A stretch of DNA of 64,000 bases from an uncultured Patescibacteria group bacterium (GCA_905478415.1 CAJQIG010000004.1:203523-267522), one strand, 5' to 3'; positions 36,606 through 47,122 are shown, counted from the first letter of the stretch. Notes: generated by a model not told the origin, from the letters alone. A program made the numbers and translations.

Positions 36606-36821
36606 TTACTTTTTGTCTTTGTCTGATCTCTTAAGAACAGGCATGTTGGTTCTCTTGGTTTCCATAACCTCGTAACCAGCTGGAACAGCTTCGAGTGACC
36701 CTTCACGAATATCGCGAGCGAAGAAGTAGATTCTTTGAATACGACCATTCTTGAGGGTAACCTCTTTGGTGTGAAGATAATACTTTTGTCCCTTAGCATT
36801 TGTGTAACTGAATGCGTTCAT
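36606..36821 (-). CDS. Small conserved hypothetical protein (71 aa, Lys-rich C-terminus)
   Basis: Clean ORF with a plausible terminator directly downstream. No motif recognised. Confidence 0.35.
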   Translation of the reverse strand: MNAFSYTNAKGQKYYLHTKEVTLKNGRIQRIYFFARDIREGSLEAVPAGYEVMETKRTNMPVLKRSDKDKK

Positions 36822-36961
36822 AATGCTCCTTTATTTTTCTTCCGCTTATTAGATGCGGATATTTACTACTTTTTTAGTGCCGATCAAGTTTTTTGCTTGT
36901 GTTTCTGGCACACTCACTTTTTAACAGTCTAGCACACTCGGCGTGCACATCAAGAAGCAAT

Positions 36962-37471
36962 TTATTCTGTTGCCTCTGGTGCTGCCAATATTGTGTGTAA
37001 CAATACCTCTGATTCTGAGTCAAGAAGTGTGGCTTCATCTCTCACTACAACTTCGAGTGGCAAAAGGTCAGCCGACAAGGCTGCACTGCCAACATAACCA
37101 CCTTTCTTCATCTGTAAATCAAATGCATGACGTGTTGTTTCAGAATCAACTTCTTTGAGCCATACTTGGTAATTTGTACCCTCATTTTCTGGAAGAGTTG
37201 CAGATACAGTAAACGTAACTTTATCATCAGCAACTTCATATCGTACAACACCCGATGAATCTTCAGAAGTACCTTCCATCTCAGCAGTTGTATAATCTCC
37301 AATACTTTCAAGCTCGGCCACTTGCTCCTCGGAAAGGTTTTCAATAATTACCCCTTCACTCAACAGACCTGCTTCCATTCGTTCGGCGCGCATGTTGTAC
37401 CACCTGAAAACGAGTAAAAATACCACACCCAGAACTAATGCTGGGAAAATATATGGCGAAATTTTTTTCAT
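36962..37471 (-). CDS. Membrane-anchored acidic hypothetical protein
   Basis: N-terminal TM (ISPYIFPALVLGVVFLLVF) followed by a Glu/Asp-rich soluble domain. Confidence 0.35.
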   Translation of the reverse strand: MKKISPYIFPALVLGVVFLLVFRWYNMRAERMEAGLLSEGVIIENLSEEQVAELESIGDYTTAEMEGTSEDSSGVVRYEVADDKVTFTVSATLPENEGTNYQVWLKEVDSETTRHAFDLQMKKGGYVGSAALSADLLPLEVVVRDEATLLDSESEVLLHTILAAPEATE

Positions 37472-37506
37472 TATGCCCTTCTTTTCTACTATCTTTCGAA
37501 GTCTCT

Positions 37507-38178
37507 TTATTCCGTTGACTCCGAACTACCTGTTACTATAGTTTCAACAGCCGAGAGCAGCTGCGGGGCAGAAGTTTGTACTCCATTCACGTAGAATGTC
37601 GGTGTTCCTGAAATGCCGGCTGTATTACCGTCACTTACATCTCTCTGGATCACTTCGAGTATTGATGGTTCGTTCATTCGTTCTTCAAGCTTAGCTGTAT
37701 CGAGCTCTAGAGCCTGAGCATAGCTTAGGAATGTTTGGAGTAGCTCAGCACCATTTGTACTACCACTCCACTCTGATTGTTTCTCAAATAGAAGGTCGTG
37801 TACTTCCCAAAATTTTCCCTGATCAGCAGCTGCCTCTGCGAAAACCGCTGCAGCTTGCGCATTAGGATGAATACTCACCAATGGATAGTGCCGATAGATG
37901 AATCGAACGTTTTCACCATACTCAGCCATCAGCTGAGTTACAAGAGGCTGTGCGGACTTACAAGCCGGACACTGAAAATCACTAAATTCAACAACGGTGA
38001 CTTGTGCCGACTCAGTAGCACCTTTCACATTTTCTGAACCATTAACGAGGACTGATTCTTCGAGAACCGTGTCACTTCCTGCAGTAGCATTCTGGTCACC
38101 AGAAAACATGAGCGTAACCCCAAAGATCATTAAGAGGGTTATAACAATGGTTCCAACTAAGAGTGGCATATTTTTCAT
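37507..38178 (-). CDS. DsbA-like thiol:disulfide oxidoreductase
   Basis: N-terminal TM. Contains a FSDFQCPACK CxxC thioredoxin motif. Confidence 0.75.
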   Translation of the reverse strand: MKNMPLLVGTIVITLLMIFGVTLMFSGDQNATAGSDTVLEESVLVNGSENVKGATESAQVTVVEFSDFQCPACKSAQPLVTQLMAEYGENVRFIYRHYPLVSIHPNAQAAAVFAEAAADQGKFWEVHDLLFEKQSEWSGSTNGAELLQTFLSYAQALELDTAKLEERMNEPSILEVIQRDVSDGNTAGISGTPTFYVNGVQTSAPQLLSAVETIVTGSSESTE

Positions 38179-38269
38179 ACGTTATCCTTATATATCACAC
38201 AATTACTAACCATGTCACCTGGTAAAATGCAGAGAAACAGAGGGCACTTACTATAATCAAATGTAAAAA

Positions 38270-38560
38270 CTATTGAGGCCATACTTGTTGACCTGTCTCA
38301 ATATCGGTCACAATTACCGCAGCAGTGGGGCAACTTTGAGCAGCTAAAAGCTTGGTCTGATCGTCATTTCCATCTTGTGACAAAATGATGGCAATACCTT
38401 CTTCGTCTAACTCAAATACTCCCGGAGCAATTGCTACACAACTACCAGCACTTATACATTTGTCTCGAATGACTTCGACTTTATACTTACCAACCATTTT
38501 TGTTTGCACCGTCTTATCATCAGTGTGAACTGTTTTCACTGTATTTGTGTCTTCTGCCAT
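38270..38560 (-). CDS. Ferredoxin (single [4Fe-4S]/[3Fe-4S] cluster type)
   Basis: Cys pattern CISAGSCV...CP, typical of small monocluster ferredoxins. 96 aa. Confidence 0.55.
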   Translation of the reverse strand: MAEDTNTVKTVHTDDKTVQTKMVGKYKVEVIRDKCISAGSCVAIAPGVFELDEEGIAIILSQDGNDDQTKLLAAQSCPTAAVIVTDIETGQQVWPQ

Positions 38561-38594
38561 AAAGCCTCCTGTATATACTTTTTTTTACTTGTTA

Positions 38595-39260
38595 TTAAAA
38601 AAACTTTTCATGATGGATGTGTTCTGGAGCTATCCCTTTATCTGTAAGCAATGTTACCACCGTTTCGATCATTGGTTTGCCACCACATAAATAGTACCCC
38701 GCATTTGGTACTAATTCGTGAGTACTTAAACAATCAGTCACGCGCCCTCTGCAAAGTGTCCAACCATCAACAGCTCTCGAAATGACGGGATGAAAATGAA
38801 AATTAGGAAAACGTTCAACTAAATCTTGGAACTCATTCTCCCAAAATAGTGAGTCAACATAGCGAAGTCCCCAATGCAAAGTAATCGGTCTTTTTTCTTG
38901 TTTTACTTGAAGTAAATCAAAGATTATCGATCTAAGTGGAGCAATACCAGAACCTGTCCCCACCAGAACAATCGCTTCTTCAGTTGGATCATCTTCAATC
39001 ACAAATGTTCCTAGTGGTGCCAATACTGAAACTTCTGTACCTAAGGGAATTGACTGCAAAAATTGCACCCCAACTCCAGCTGGGCTGACATCAATTGCTA
39101 ACTCAAATCCATGATCTATGTCGGGCCGACTTGCAATCGAGTAACTTCGACGAGTACCTGCTTCATCAACTTGAATCGAAACATATTGTCCAGCTTTAAA
39201 TTCTAGGGTACTTGGTTCAACCAACTCAAAGGTAACCAACATAAATTTTTCGTTATACAT
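38595..39260 (-). CDS. FNR-like FAD/NAD(P)-binding oxidoreductase
   Basis: RSYSIAS (the RxYS FAD-binding motif) and GTGSGIAPLRS NAD(P)-binding loop. Start taken at MYNEKF. Confidence 0.65.
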   Translation of the reverse strand: MYNEKFMLVTFELVEPSTLEFKAGQYVSIQVDEAGTRRSYSIASRPDIDHGFELAIDVSPAGVGVQFLQSIPLGTEVSVLAPLGTFVIEDDPTEEAIVLVGTGSGIAPLRSIIFDLLQVKQEKRPITLHWGLRYVDSLFWENEFQDLVERFPNFHFHPVISRAVDGWTLCRGRVTDCLSTHELVPNAGYYLCGGKPMIETVVTLLTDKGIAPEHIHHEKFF

Positions 39261-39320
39261 GATCCGCTCTTCAAGCTTGGCGGTACATTGTTGTGGTGGC
39301 ATATATCTTTCTAGGTTGTG

Positions 39321-39896
39321 TTAGTTTTCTTCCTGGTTGCTCAGTCCATCTTGCCAATTTCGACCATACCACACTCCGAGTGCCATTTTTGCTATTCCAG
39401 AATATTCTTCGGTCCTATCGACAAACCCATTCGTTAAAACCCCAATAAATCCTTGTTTCCTTCTGACATCACGGTGACCTGTTATTTGAGCCACAACTGG
39501 ACCCATCTCCTCACCATTTCTAATTTTAGTAGCTACAACTTCTGGAACAACAAAACGGGCTCCATTTGCCTCAGCGATGTTGCCATCTCGGTCAGCAACT
39601 ACTACCCAAACAGTTGACCACATTTGGCCAAACATCTCAGTCACTCCACCTTCGAGTCCGACTCCTAAAACTTCTTCATCTTCGAGAGCATCACCGAACT
39701 CTGCCAAGCCATCCTCTAACGCCGCCTTTGCGCGATTCAAGGCACCCTGCTTAGTCATCTCGTCACCCAATGGCTGTTCGTTCACACCACTGGGAACATC
39801 AAAACCTTTCACGGTAGCTGCTGACCAAGTGTCACTGGCCGCCACCGTCACGGCATTAATTTTAACTGGATTATGTGAGCCTACAAAGATATGCAT
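39321..39896 (-). CDS. Inosine/xanthosine triphosphatase-like (YjjX/NTPase_I-T family)
   Basis: N-terminal MHIFVGSHNPVKINAV and a G..NEQP motif, colinear with E. coli YjjX. Confidence 0.5.
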   Translation of the reverse strand: MHIFVGSHNPVKINAVTVAASDTWSAATVKGFDVPSGVNEQPLGDEMTKQGALNRAKAALEDGLAEFGDALEDEEVLGVGLEGGVTEMFGQMWSTVWVVVADRDGNIAEANGARFVVPEVVATKIRNGEEMGPVVAQITGHRDVRRKQGFIGVLTNGFVDRTEEYSGIAKMALGVWYGRNWQDGLSNQEEN

Positions 39897-39953
39897 GGTA
39901 CTGCCTTTTGTATCATAGGTACTGTCTTGAGATCAATGAGTGTAATGAGTAAA

Positions 39954-40586
39954 TTATTCATCTAGTAATTGGAGAAGTTCTTCGTAAGTATCAAGACTTT
40001 CAGCAATCTGGGCCATTTCTTGTTCTAAAAGCAGCAAGTTTTCCCCTCTAAACCGCCATTCATCTGAATCAGGAATTTTTCTCCAAGATCCGTCCTTATG
40101 TTCTTCGTAAGAAATTCCAGACTGCTCAGAATCAACTAAAATGCAATCTATTTCTGATGAAGGCCTACTCATGTTAATTCGAACTGAGTCCTCAGTACCA
40201 TTCGATTTTAGAGTTATTCGAATAGTTGCATTGGTAAAATTTTGGCTCGTACTGTTTTCATCAATCTGACCTTCTCTTTCAAAAAAATCTAAATTTTTTC
40301 CACTCATTCCTGCAGTACCAATAATTTCTTTAGCTCGGGTCATTATTGACTTTACTCTTGCCTCAACTGCTGTTATTTTTTCTTGTTCTGCTGCTGCTTC
40401 AGCCTCCTCAGCCATTTTTTTTTCTGCAGCTTCTACATCCTTAGCAACTTGTGCAGCTTTATTCTTTGCTTCAAAATCATTTGCTTCCATCACAGCTCTC
40501 AGCTTATCCGCCAACTGCGTAATTGATAATTTTTCTTCTTTTAGCGTGAGTGTTTCTAACTCAGGATACTTTTTTTGCTCGTTCAT
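39954..40586 (-). CDS. Hypothetical coiled-coil protein in the suf cluster
   Basis: Ala/Glu/Lys-rich helical N-half. The start overlaps the sufU stop by 4 nt. Confidence 0.4.
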   Translation of the reverse strand: MNEQKKYPELETLTLKEEKLSITQLADKLRAVMEANDFEAKNKAAQVAKDVEAAEKKMAEEAEAAAEQEKITAVEARVKSIMTRAKEIIGTAGMSGKNLDFFEREGQIDENSTSQNFTNATIRITLKSNGTEDSVRINMSRPSSEIDCILVDSEQSGISYEEHKDGSWRKIPDSDEWRFRGENLLLLEQEMAQIAESLDTYEELLQLLDE

Positions 40587-40960
40587 GCAACTTCCTCAAT
40601 AGCTTTACAAATACTTCCAAGACCCAGCATACTACATTTTATGCGTCCTGGCGAAATGGTATCGAAGTGTAAAAGTCCAAGAACATCGGCTAAACCAAGT
40701 TTTTGTATCTGTGACAATGTTTTACCTTTAACCGCTTCTGAAACAACACTCATGGCAGCTTGTGAAATAATGCAACCATCACCTTGCCAAGCAATTTCGG
40801 TTACTTTTTCTTCTGAATCAAGTTTGAGTTGGACCGTAATTTTGTCACCACACGAGGCATTGTATCCCTGGAACTCAAAATCGGGGTCTGTTAGCGTTCC
40901 ATAATTTTGAGGATTTTCGGCTGCTTCCAAGAGCACCTCTTGGTAGAGATCTTCAGTCAT
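40583..40960 (-). CDS. sufU: SufU/IscU-like Fe-S scaffold
   Basis: Contains YNASCGDKITV, GDGCIISQAAMS and IKCSML, which are the three conserved Cys motifs. Confidence 0.8.
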   Translation of the reverse strand: MTEDLYQEVLLEAAENPQNYGTLTDPDFEFQGYNASCGDKITVQLKLDSEEKVTEIAWQGDGCIISQAAMSVVSEAVKGKTLSQIQKLGLADVLGLLHFDTISPGRIKCSMLGLGSICKAIEEVA

Positions 40961-40968
40961 AATAGTGT

Positions 40969-42192
40969 TTACTTGCCAAATACTTGGCTAACTTTTTCAA
41001 ATCCAGTAATAAGTGTATCAACATCTGCTTTCGTATTATAGATCGCAAAACTCACTCGTGTAGTTGCAATCCAATCGTGAGCTAGATGCAGTGGCATAGT
41101 ACAGTGATGACCAGAGCGAACTGCAATACCTTGACTATCTAAAACCTGTGCCACATCGTGGGCATGGACGCCAGCATATAAAAACGAAACAGAACCAACC
41201 CTATTTGTAAGAGGACCCAAAATTTCTACGCTTGGAATCTGGGCCAACTTCTCGAGTGCATACGCAACTAATGTAGCCTCATGTTGGGCAACAGTTTCCA
41301 TACCAATGTTTGTAAGATACTCGCAAGCAGCAGCTAGTCCAACTGCACTGGCTACATCTGGAGTTCCAGCGGTAAAACGTTCGACTGGATCATCATGAAA
41401 CAGCGTATGATCTGCATGTACTTCGGCAATCATACCGCCTCCAAAAAGCCATGGATGCATCTCGTTTTTATCAAGTAACTCTTGACGAACTAACAAACCG
41501 CCACTGCCCATTGGGCCATACAGTTTGTGCCCGCTAAATGCAAAGAAATCAACTCCCAGTTTTGTAAAATCTACTAGCATATGTGCAACTGCTTGAGCCC
41601 CATCGAGTAACACTCGAGCGCCAACGTTCCGAGCTACCGAGACAACCCTTTGAACATCGAGCACCGTTCCCAATGCATTTGAAACATAAGTAAATGCCAT
41701 CAGCTTTACCTTTTGCGTATGAGACTCTAACCATTCATAATCCAACTCCCCATTTGCGTTCACTGGAACTACTTTCAGCTCAGCCCCGGTCATCTTGCAA
41801 ACCTGCTGCCAAACCACAAAATTAGAGTGATGCTCTAACTGAGAAGTTACAACTACATCACCTTTTGTAAGATTGTGAAGTGCCCAACCATACAGCACAC
41901 CATTGATGGCCTCAGTAGTATTTCTAGTAAGAATTAATTCTTGATTTTTGGCTCCTAAAAAATGAGTAATGGTGTTGCGAGCTTCCTCTAATGCAAGAGT
42001 ACTCTTGTCACTCAAAGAGTGAACACCACGATGCACATTAGCGTTTGACTGCTTATAGTAGTTTGCTATTGCATCAATAACTACATTGGGTTTTTGAGTA
42101 GTAGCAGCGTTATCCAAATAGACAAGTGGTTTACCATGGACTGAAGTTCCCAGTACTGGAAAATCATCTCTGCTGTTTTGTTGAAAAGACAT
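40969..42192 (-). CDS. sufS: Cysteine desulfurase SufS
   Basis: HHSNFVVWQ, SGHKLYGPMGSGGL (PLP lysine), and a C-terminal RSGHHC active-site Cys. Confidence 0.85.
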   Translation of the reverse strand: MSFQQNSRDDFPVLGTSVHGKPLVYLDNAATTQKPNVVIDAIANYYKQSNANVHRGVHSLSDKSTLALEEARNTITHFLGAKNQELILTRNTTEAINGVLYGWALHNLTKGDVVVTSQLEHHSNFVVWQQVCKMTGAELKVVPVNANGELDYEWLESHTQKVKLMAFTYVSNALGTVLDVQRVVSVARNVGARVLLDGAQAVAHMLVDFTKLGVDFFAFSGHKLYGPMGSGGLLVRQELLDKNEMHPWLFGGGMIAEVHADHTLFHDDPVERFTAGTPDVASAVGLAAACEYLTNIGMETVAQHEATLVAYALEKLAQIPSVEILGPLTNRVGSVSFLYAGVHAHDVAQVLDSQGIAVRSGHHCTMPLHLAHDWIATTRVSFAIYNTKADVDTLITGFEKVSQVFGK

Positions 42193-42310
42193 AGCTGTAT
42201 TGTAACATTCTTCTAAATAACTGATTTCTTGCTTTTACTCACTACTTCTGTATAATTCGGACCATAACAGTATTCTAAACTCCCCTGCCCAAACCGAGTG
42301 AAAGGTTTGT

Positions 42311-43021
42311 ATGTCCAACTACCATAAAGAACAACTTTTAGGACGTGTCCATGATCCAGAAAAAGTAGCCTTTATTAATACCCTTAACGACGACGAACTC
42401 AATGCCTTAGCTGGAATGTACACAACAGCTAGCTCCGAACTCATAGAAAATCACCCCCAAGCAGAACTCATGCATGCTATTCGCGTCATTTACTACCGAC
42501 AAGTTATTGATTGGGCAAGTGAAAAAGCAGATGAAACCCAAGCAGAGATTATCAAATTTATTGATTCACCAACATTTGTCCAATACCCAGATTTCCTCTT
42601 AGAGGACTCCTTTGTTTCAGCAATTAAAAACGAAATGATGCAAAATCACTCAAAAACCATCACCGACCTTCAAGGAAGTACGTTCTCAAAAGGGCCTGAG
42701 CTCGAAATTTTGGGAGCCAGACTAGTAGGTGATGCACCAAACCAGCGAGTTGAAATTCTTATGCTCTCCAATCAAATTAAACCATTCCCTGGTACTAATG
42801 AGTACATGATCTTTGAACAAGATCGTATGGATATTCCTCCCAAAGCACTTACTGGTTTACTAAAAAGAAACCCTACTGCCAGAACTCGTGGAAGAGGCAA
42901 TGAAGTATATATTTCTATGGAATCACCATATCCAGGACACTATGGAGAACCACAATATACTGAAGTTGTCATTGGACACTTTGGCGAAGATTCGATCATT
43001 ATCCCTATCGAGGATGTTTAG
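42311..43021 (+). CDS. Hypothetical protein
   Basis: Clean 236-aa ORF, the only plus-strand gene in a long minus-strand run. No motif recognised. Confidence 0.35.
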   Translation: MSNYHKEQLLGRVHDPEKVAFINTLNDDELNALAGMYTTASSELIENHPQAELMHAIRVIYYRQVIDWASEKADETQAEIIKFIDSPTFVQYPDFLLEDSFVSAIKNEMMQNHSKTITDLQGSTFSKGPELEILGARLVGDAPNQRVEILMLSNQIKPFPGTNEYMIFEQDRMDIPPKALTGLLKRNPTARTRGRGNEVYISMESPYPGHYGEPQYTEVVIGHFGEDSIIIPIEDV

Positions 43022-43046
43022 ATCAACAAAAAGTACTACACAGTAC

Positions 43047-43520
43047 TCAATTCAAGACTACAATTGCTGCATTCAAGAGTGAGGCAAAGCTAACCCATGC
43101 AATATAGGGAATAAGCAAATAAAAAGCTAGTTTTGATAGTGGTCGGAATTTTTTCATTGTCAAAACTATAAAAATCCATAAGACAATAATATTTACTAAA
43201 CCTAATAATGGCGACCTGAGTCCAAAAAATGAGAGAGACCAAAGAGTATTTAGTAACAACTGAACAAAGAAGTAGTAACTGGCTACTTGCACCTTTCTCT
43301 TCTTCCAACCCTGGATCCACACGAGAAACCAAGAAACTCCCATTAAAAAATATAATGTTGTCCAAACTGGCCCAAAGAGCCAATTAGGAGGTGAAAAAAA
43401 TGGTTTGTTTAGAAATACATACCAGGAAGAAATTGCCGCTGTGGTAAAAACAGCACCCACTACTCCGGCCAATTCTGACAAGGTAACTGCAAAAAACAAT
43501 TTCGATACTTTTTTTAGCAT
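43047..43520 (-). CDS. tspO: TspO/MBR tryptophan-rich sensory protein
   Basis: Five TM helices. Contains WLFGPVWTTLYFLMGVSWFLVW. Confidence 0.75.
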   Translation of the reverse strand: MLKKVSKLFFAVTLSELAGVVGAVFTTAAISSWYVFLNKPFFSPPNWLFGPVWTTLYFLMGVSWFLVWIQGWKKRKVQVASYYFFVQLLLNTLWSLSFFGLRSPLLGLVNIIVLWIFIVLTMKKFRPLSKLAFYLLIPYIAWVSFASLLNAAIVVLN

Positions 43521-43573
43521 ATAGTCAGTATGCAGTATATTGACTTGAAGAACAATGTGATAACATTCATTTT

Positions 43574-44056
43574 TTAGAGTTCCAAAAATCCCTCAACCAC
43601 CATATCTTCAGCCTGCTGGCGAGAAATTCCTCGGCTCTGAAGATAGAATAACTGTTCTTCCGGAATGCGACTAATACTAGCTGCGTGTGAGCACTTCACA
43701 TCATCAGTGAGAATTTCTAGATCGGGAATTGCCTCTGCAGTGGCCTGATCAGAAAGCAAAAGAACTCGCTCCGTTAAAAATGAATTACTATTTCCACATT
43801 CAGGATCAATAATGATTCGACCTACAAAACGGACTGCTGCCTGATCTCGCCCAACACCATGCAGTGTGGTATTTGCCAAGGTATTTGGAGCTTTGTGATG
43901 AATAATAACTTCGACCGAAACTTTATCACTACCTCGCACATCCCAAACGCCAGTAATAGTGACTTCAGCTCCAGGTCCAACAAGTTCAACTACATACTTA
44001 CCTGGATTTTTGAGCGTGATTTCTTTGTGGGTATCTCTTGGAATAGTAACGGTTTT
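43574..44056 (-). CDS. sufD: SufD-like protein, short form
   Basis: About 160 aa. The C-terminal beta-helix motifs of SufB/SufD (HGVGRDQAAVRFVGRII.D.....NSFLTERVLLL) are present. The N-terminal half of canonical SufD is missing. Confidence 0.6.
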   Translation of the reverse strand, partial: KTVTIPRDTHKEITLKNPGKYVVELVGPGAEVTITGVWDVRGSDKVSVEVIIHHKAPNTLANTTLHGVGRDQAAVRFVGRIIIDPECGNSNSFLTERVLLLSDQATAEAIPDLEILTDDVKCSHAASISRIPEEQLFYLQSRGISRQQAEDMVVEGFLEL

Positions 44057-44060
44057 CATC

Positions 44061-46619
44061 TTAGCCAATACTCCCTTCCATTTCGTGATCAATCAGGCGA
44101 TTCATCTCGACTGCATATTCCAACGGAAGTTTACGAACTAAATCTTCGATAAAACCATTCACAATCATTTTACGAGCATTTTCTTCGGTAATGCCGCGGC
44201 TCATTAGGTAGAAGAGCTGGTCATCACCAATTTTTGAAACAGTGGCCTCGTGTTGCACTTCGACTTGCGAGTTGAAAATTTTATCGACTGGGTAGGTATC
44301 AGAACGAGAGTGCCCATCTAGAAGTAATGCATCACAAATAACCGTGTTTTTCGAGTGATGTGCATTTGGACCCACACTTACAAGCCCGCGATAACTAGTC
44401 CGTCCGCCATCTTTACTAATCGACTTTGAAATAATAGTTGAGCTTGTATAGGGAGCTAAATGAATTGCTTTTGATCCAGTATCTTGATGTTGTCCTGCAC
44501 CAGCTAGGGCCATCGAGAGCGTTTCACCGCGGGCACCCTTTCCAGCCAAAATAAATCCAGGGTACTTCATGGTTACTTTTGAACCCATGTTAAAGTCCGT
44601 CCAAATCATCTGGGCATCTTGTTCAACGTACGCTCGTTTAGTAACTAAATTAAAAACATTTTTATACCAATTTTGAACTGTGGTGTATTGGCATGTTGCA
44701 CCTTTTTTAACGAAAATTTCAACAACTGCTGAATGGAGCGAACCACTGCTGAAGTTGGGGGCGGTGCAATTGTGAACTGCGACTCCACCTGCAACATAGC
44801 TTTCGTCATCGTTAACACTAAAGTTATACACAGAGATATTATTCACCGTTTCTGACTCGATTTTTCTCACTGGTGCATATAAGTAACCTTTATCAACAAA
44901 ATATGCTGTTGCTCTTTTCTTATTCCAGATTTTTGGCTGAATCGGTTGACCAACAATTTTTCCAAATGGAATCATGTATTCTCCACCGATGACTAGATTG
45001 TACATTGTTAATCTGTTTGTAGACCCTCTGTCTTGACTGTTTAATGAACTAGCCATACCTAAACGAGCTAGTATCATCCTACCCTGGAATGCTAAAGTTT
45101 TTGAGGTAGTGGAAATTCTAAACATTTCTTTAAAGCCATGTTTAGTCTGCCTTCGATAGTAATTTCCATCACCCTTATACCAAGCTGCTACTAATGAAGA
45201 TTGCTTACCATTAGACTCTTGCAGGACCCATTCTGGGATGGTCTTACTGCTTGAATGTGCACCAAACTGCTCAAAAAATCGACATAACCTAACCGAGCTG
45301 ACTACTACGTTTGTTCCATTATTTTTCTCATGGTGTAACTCCCTAACTCTTGTCTCACCAAAAACAGTGAAGAAAAGTTTTTTAACTTCTTCAATGTAAT
45401 CTCTTTCAGAACTATTGAAGGAAAAGTTTAAGTATGAACCAGCACTAATACTTCCTTCAGCCAGATAATATCCAATTAACTTAAATAGGTCTTTATTACA
45501 AGGAATTTCCAACTTTTCTAACTGCCAACCATATCTACCATTTCCCACCGGAACTTCATATAAAAGCGTATCTTGTACCTGTTCTGTTTGATCTATTGGG
45601 GTACAGACATAGTCACCTTTTTTTAGGTCTTTAACTGGGAGCCACTCACTCTTCCATTCTTTGTTTCGCTCATTCTTGTATTTTCTTTTGACTACCAAGA
45701 ATGGATGTTCTTCTGTTGCTTGTATCGTTTCTCCGGGCTGTCCTGTAACTGAAACAGTAAATAGTTCTCCCGAATAAGGTCTCACTTGAGTGTGGTATAC
45801 AGATTTATAAGTACCAGTATGAGTAAGTACCTTTGATTCTTTGCTAATATCTTCTATTTCCACTAACCCATCACTGGTTGTAATTTGAGTCCCTGCAGTA
45901 AAACATCCTTCAATATAATGCACACTCGCACCTTCATCTACAATAATGAGTGTCCGCTCAAACTGCCCAGCATTCTCAGCATTAATTCTGAAATACGTTT
46001 GCAGTGGCATTTTTACATCTACTCCTTTGGGCACATACACAAACGAACCCCCACTCCAGGCAGCTGTATTGAGAGCTGAATATTTGTTATCACCACTAGG
46101 AATTATTTTTCCAAAGTATTCTTGTACCAATTCTGGATATTTCTTTAAACCTTCATCCATCGATAAGAAAATCACGCCATCTTTTGCCCAGACATCTTTG
46201 AGTGAACCATACACAACTTCGCTATCGTACTGAGCTTTGACACCAGCTAACACGCCGCGCTCAGCTTCAGGAATACCCAGACGCTCAAAGGTTTCTTTGA
46301 CATCAGCGGGGACATCGTCCCAACTTTTTCCTTCACCTTTGCTCGCTTGTAGGTAATAGTGAATTTTATCGAAATGAATAGCAGATAAGTCAGCTCCCCA
46401 AGGAGGGTTTTTCTTAGCCTCAAACTGTGTAAAGGCTTTGAGGCGAAGTTTCAACATCCAATCTGGCTCTGACTTAAGGTGAGAGATTTCTCGCACCACT
46501 CCTTCAGAAATACCAGGCTTAGTAATGTGGGTATAGTCTGAAGTTGGAAAGGCATACCCATGCTCGTAGGCATCGGTGGCTTCAAAGTCGCTGGTAGTTT
46601 TTTGTGCAAATCGAGCCAT
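44061..46619 (-). CDS. sufB: SufB Fe-S cluster assembly protein, interrupted in-frame by an intein
   Basis: The N-extein ends ..ASVHYIEG and the C-extein resumes CTAPNFSSGSLHSAVVEIFV.., which are SufB core motifs. The 379-aa insert starts with CFTAG and ends VHN|C. Confidence 0.85.
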   Translation of the reverse strand: MARFAQKTTSDFEATDAYEHGYAFPTSDYTHITKPGISEGVVREISHLKSEPDWMLKLRLKAFTQFEAKKNPPWGADLSAIHFDKIHYYLQASKGEGKSWDDVPADVKETFERLGIPEAERGVLAGVKAQYDSEVVYGSLKDVWAKDGVIFLSMDEGLKKYPELVQEYFGKIIPSGDNKYSALNTAAWSGGSFVYVPKGVDVKMPLQTYFRINAENAGQFERTLIIVDEGASVHYIEGCFTAGTQITTSDGLVEIEDISKESKVLTHTGTYKSVYHTQVRPYSGELFTVSVTGQPGETIQATEEHPFLVVKRKYKNERNKEWKSEWLPVKDLKKGDYVCTPIDQTEQVQDTLLYEVPVGNGRYGWQLEKLEIPCNKDLFKLIGYYLAEGSISAGSYLNFSFNSSERDYIEEVKKLFFTVFGETRVRELHHEKNNGTNVVVSSVRLCRFFEQFGAHSSSKTIPEWVLQESNGKQSSLVAAWYKGDGNYYRRQTKHGFKEMFRISTTSKTLAFQGRMILARLGMASSLNSQDRGSTNRLTMYNLVIGGEYMIPFGKIVGQPIQPKIWNKKRATAYFVDKGYLYAPVRKIESETVNNISVYNFSVNDDESYVAGGVAVHNCTAPNFSSGSLHSAVVEIFVKKGATCQYTTVQNWYKNVFNLVTKRAYVEQDAQMIWTDFNMGSKVTMKYPGFILAGKGARGETLSMALAGAGQHQDTGSKAIHLAPYTSSTIISKSISKDGGRTSYRGLVSVGPNAHHSKNTVICDALLLDGHSRSDTYPVDKIFNSQVEVQHEATVSKIGDDQLFYLMSRGITEENARKMIVNGFIEDLVRKLPLEYAVEMNRLIDHEMEGSIG
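44769..45905 (-). mobile_element. Intein with LAGLIDADG homing-endonuclease domain inside sufB
   Basis: Block A Cys1 (CFTAGTQITTSDG), TxxH block B (VLTHTGT), LAGLIDADG-like motif LIGYYLAEGSI, and terminal VHN followed by +1 Cys. 379 aa, in frame. Confidence 0.75.
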
Positions 46620-46627
46620 TAAAGAGG

Positions 46628-47122
46628 TTACTCCGAAAATTTTTCTTGTGCATTCCGAAGCATTGGCACAATAAAGTTTTTACCGTAATCAAAATCATAG
46701 TCTCGGGCATCGTCGAATGGAACCCACTCAAACGCTGTATGCTCTTCACTGAGTGTCACTTCAGATTCATCAAAATCAAATGGAAGCTCTGCTACCCAAC
46801 CGGTTAAAACCGTAAACACTTCATTATAAAAAGTAGTATCAAAGTACACCATTGCATCACGATTAAAGTGTCCAGGAACAACTGTTATCCCCGTCTCTTC
46901 TTTTATTTCTCTAGAAATATCTGCCTGATGTAAGCTTGTTGTATTTGCCTGCTGAGTGGTTGGCCACTCTGAATTCCCTCCCGGAAGGTCCCACTTTGAA
47001 GGACGACTGGATGCAGTATCATCACGCTGCAACAATAACACTCTCCCTTTATGAACAACAACTGCTTTCTGTAAGAGTTTTACATTTTCAGTTAATTGAT
47101 GAGGGTTTCGAACTTCTGCCAT
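46628..47122 (-). CDS. NUDIX hydrolase
   Basis: Nudix box REIKEETGITV. Confidence 0.7.
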   Translation of the reverse strand: MAEVRNPHQLTENVKLLQKAVVVHKGRVLLLQRDDTASSRPSKWDLPGGNSEWPTTQQANTTSLHQADISREIKEETGITVVPGHFNRDAMVYFDTTFYNEVFTVLTGWVAELPFDFDESEVTLSEEHTAFEWVPFDDARDYDFDYGKNFIVPMLRNAQEKFSE

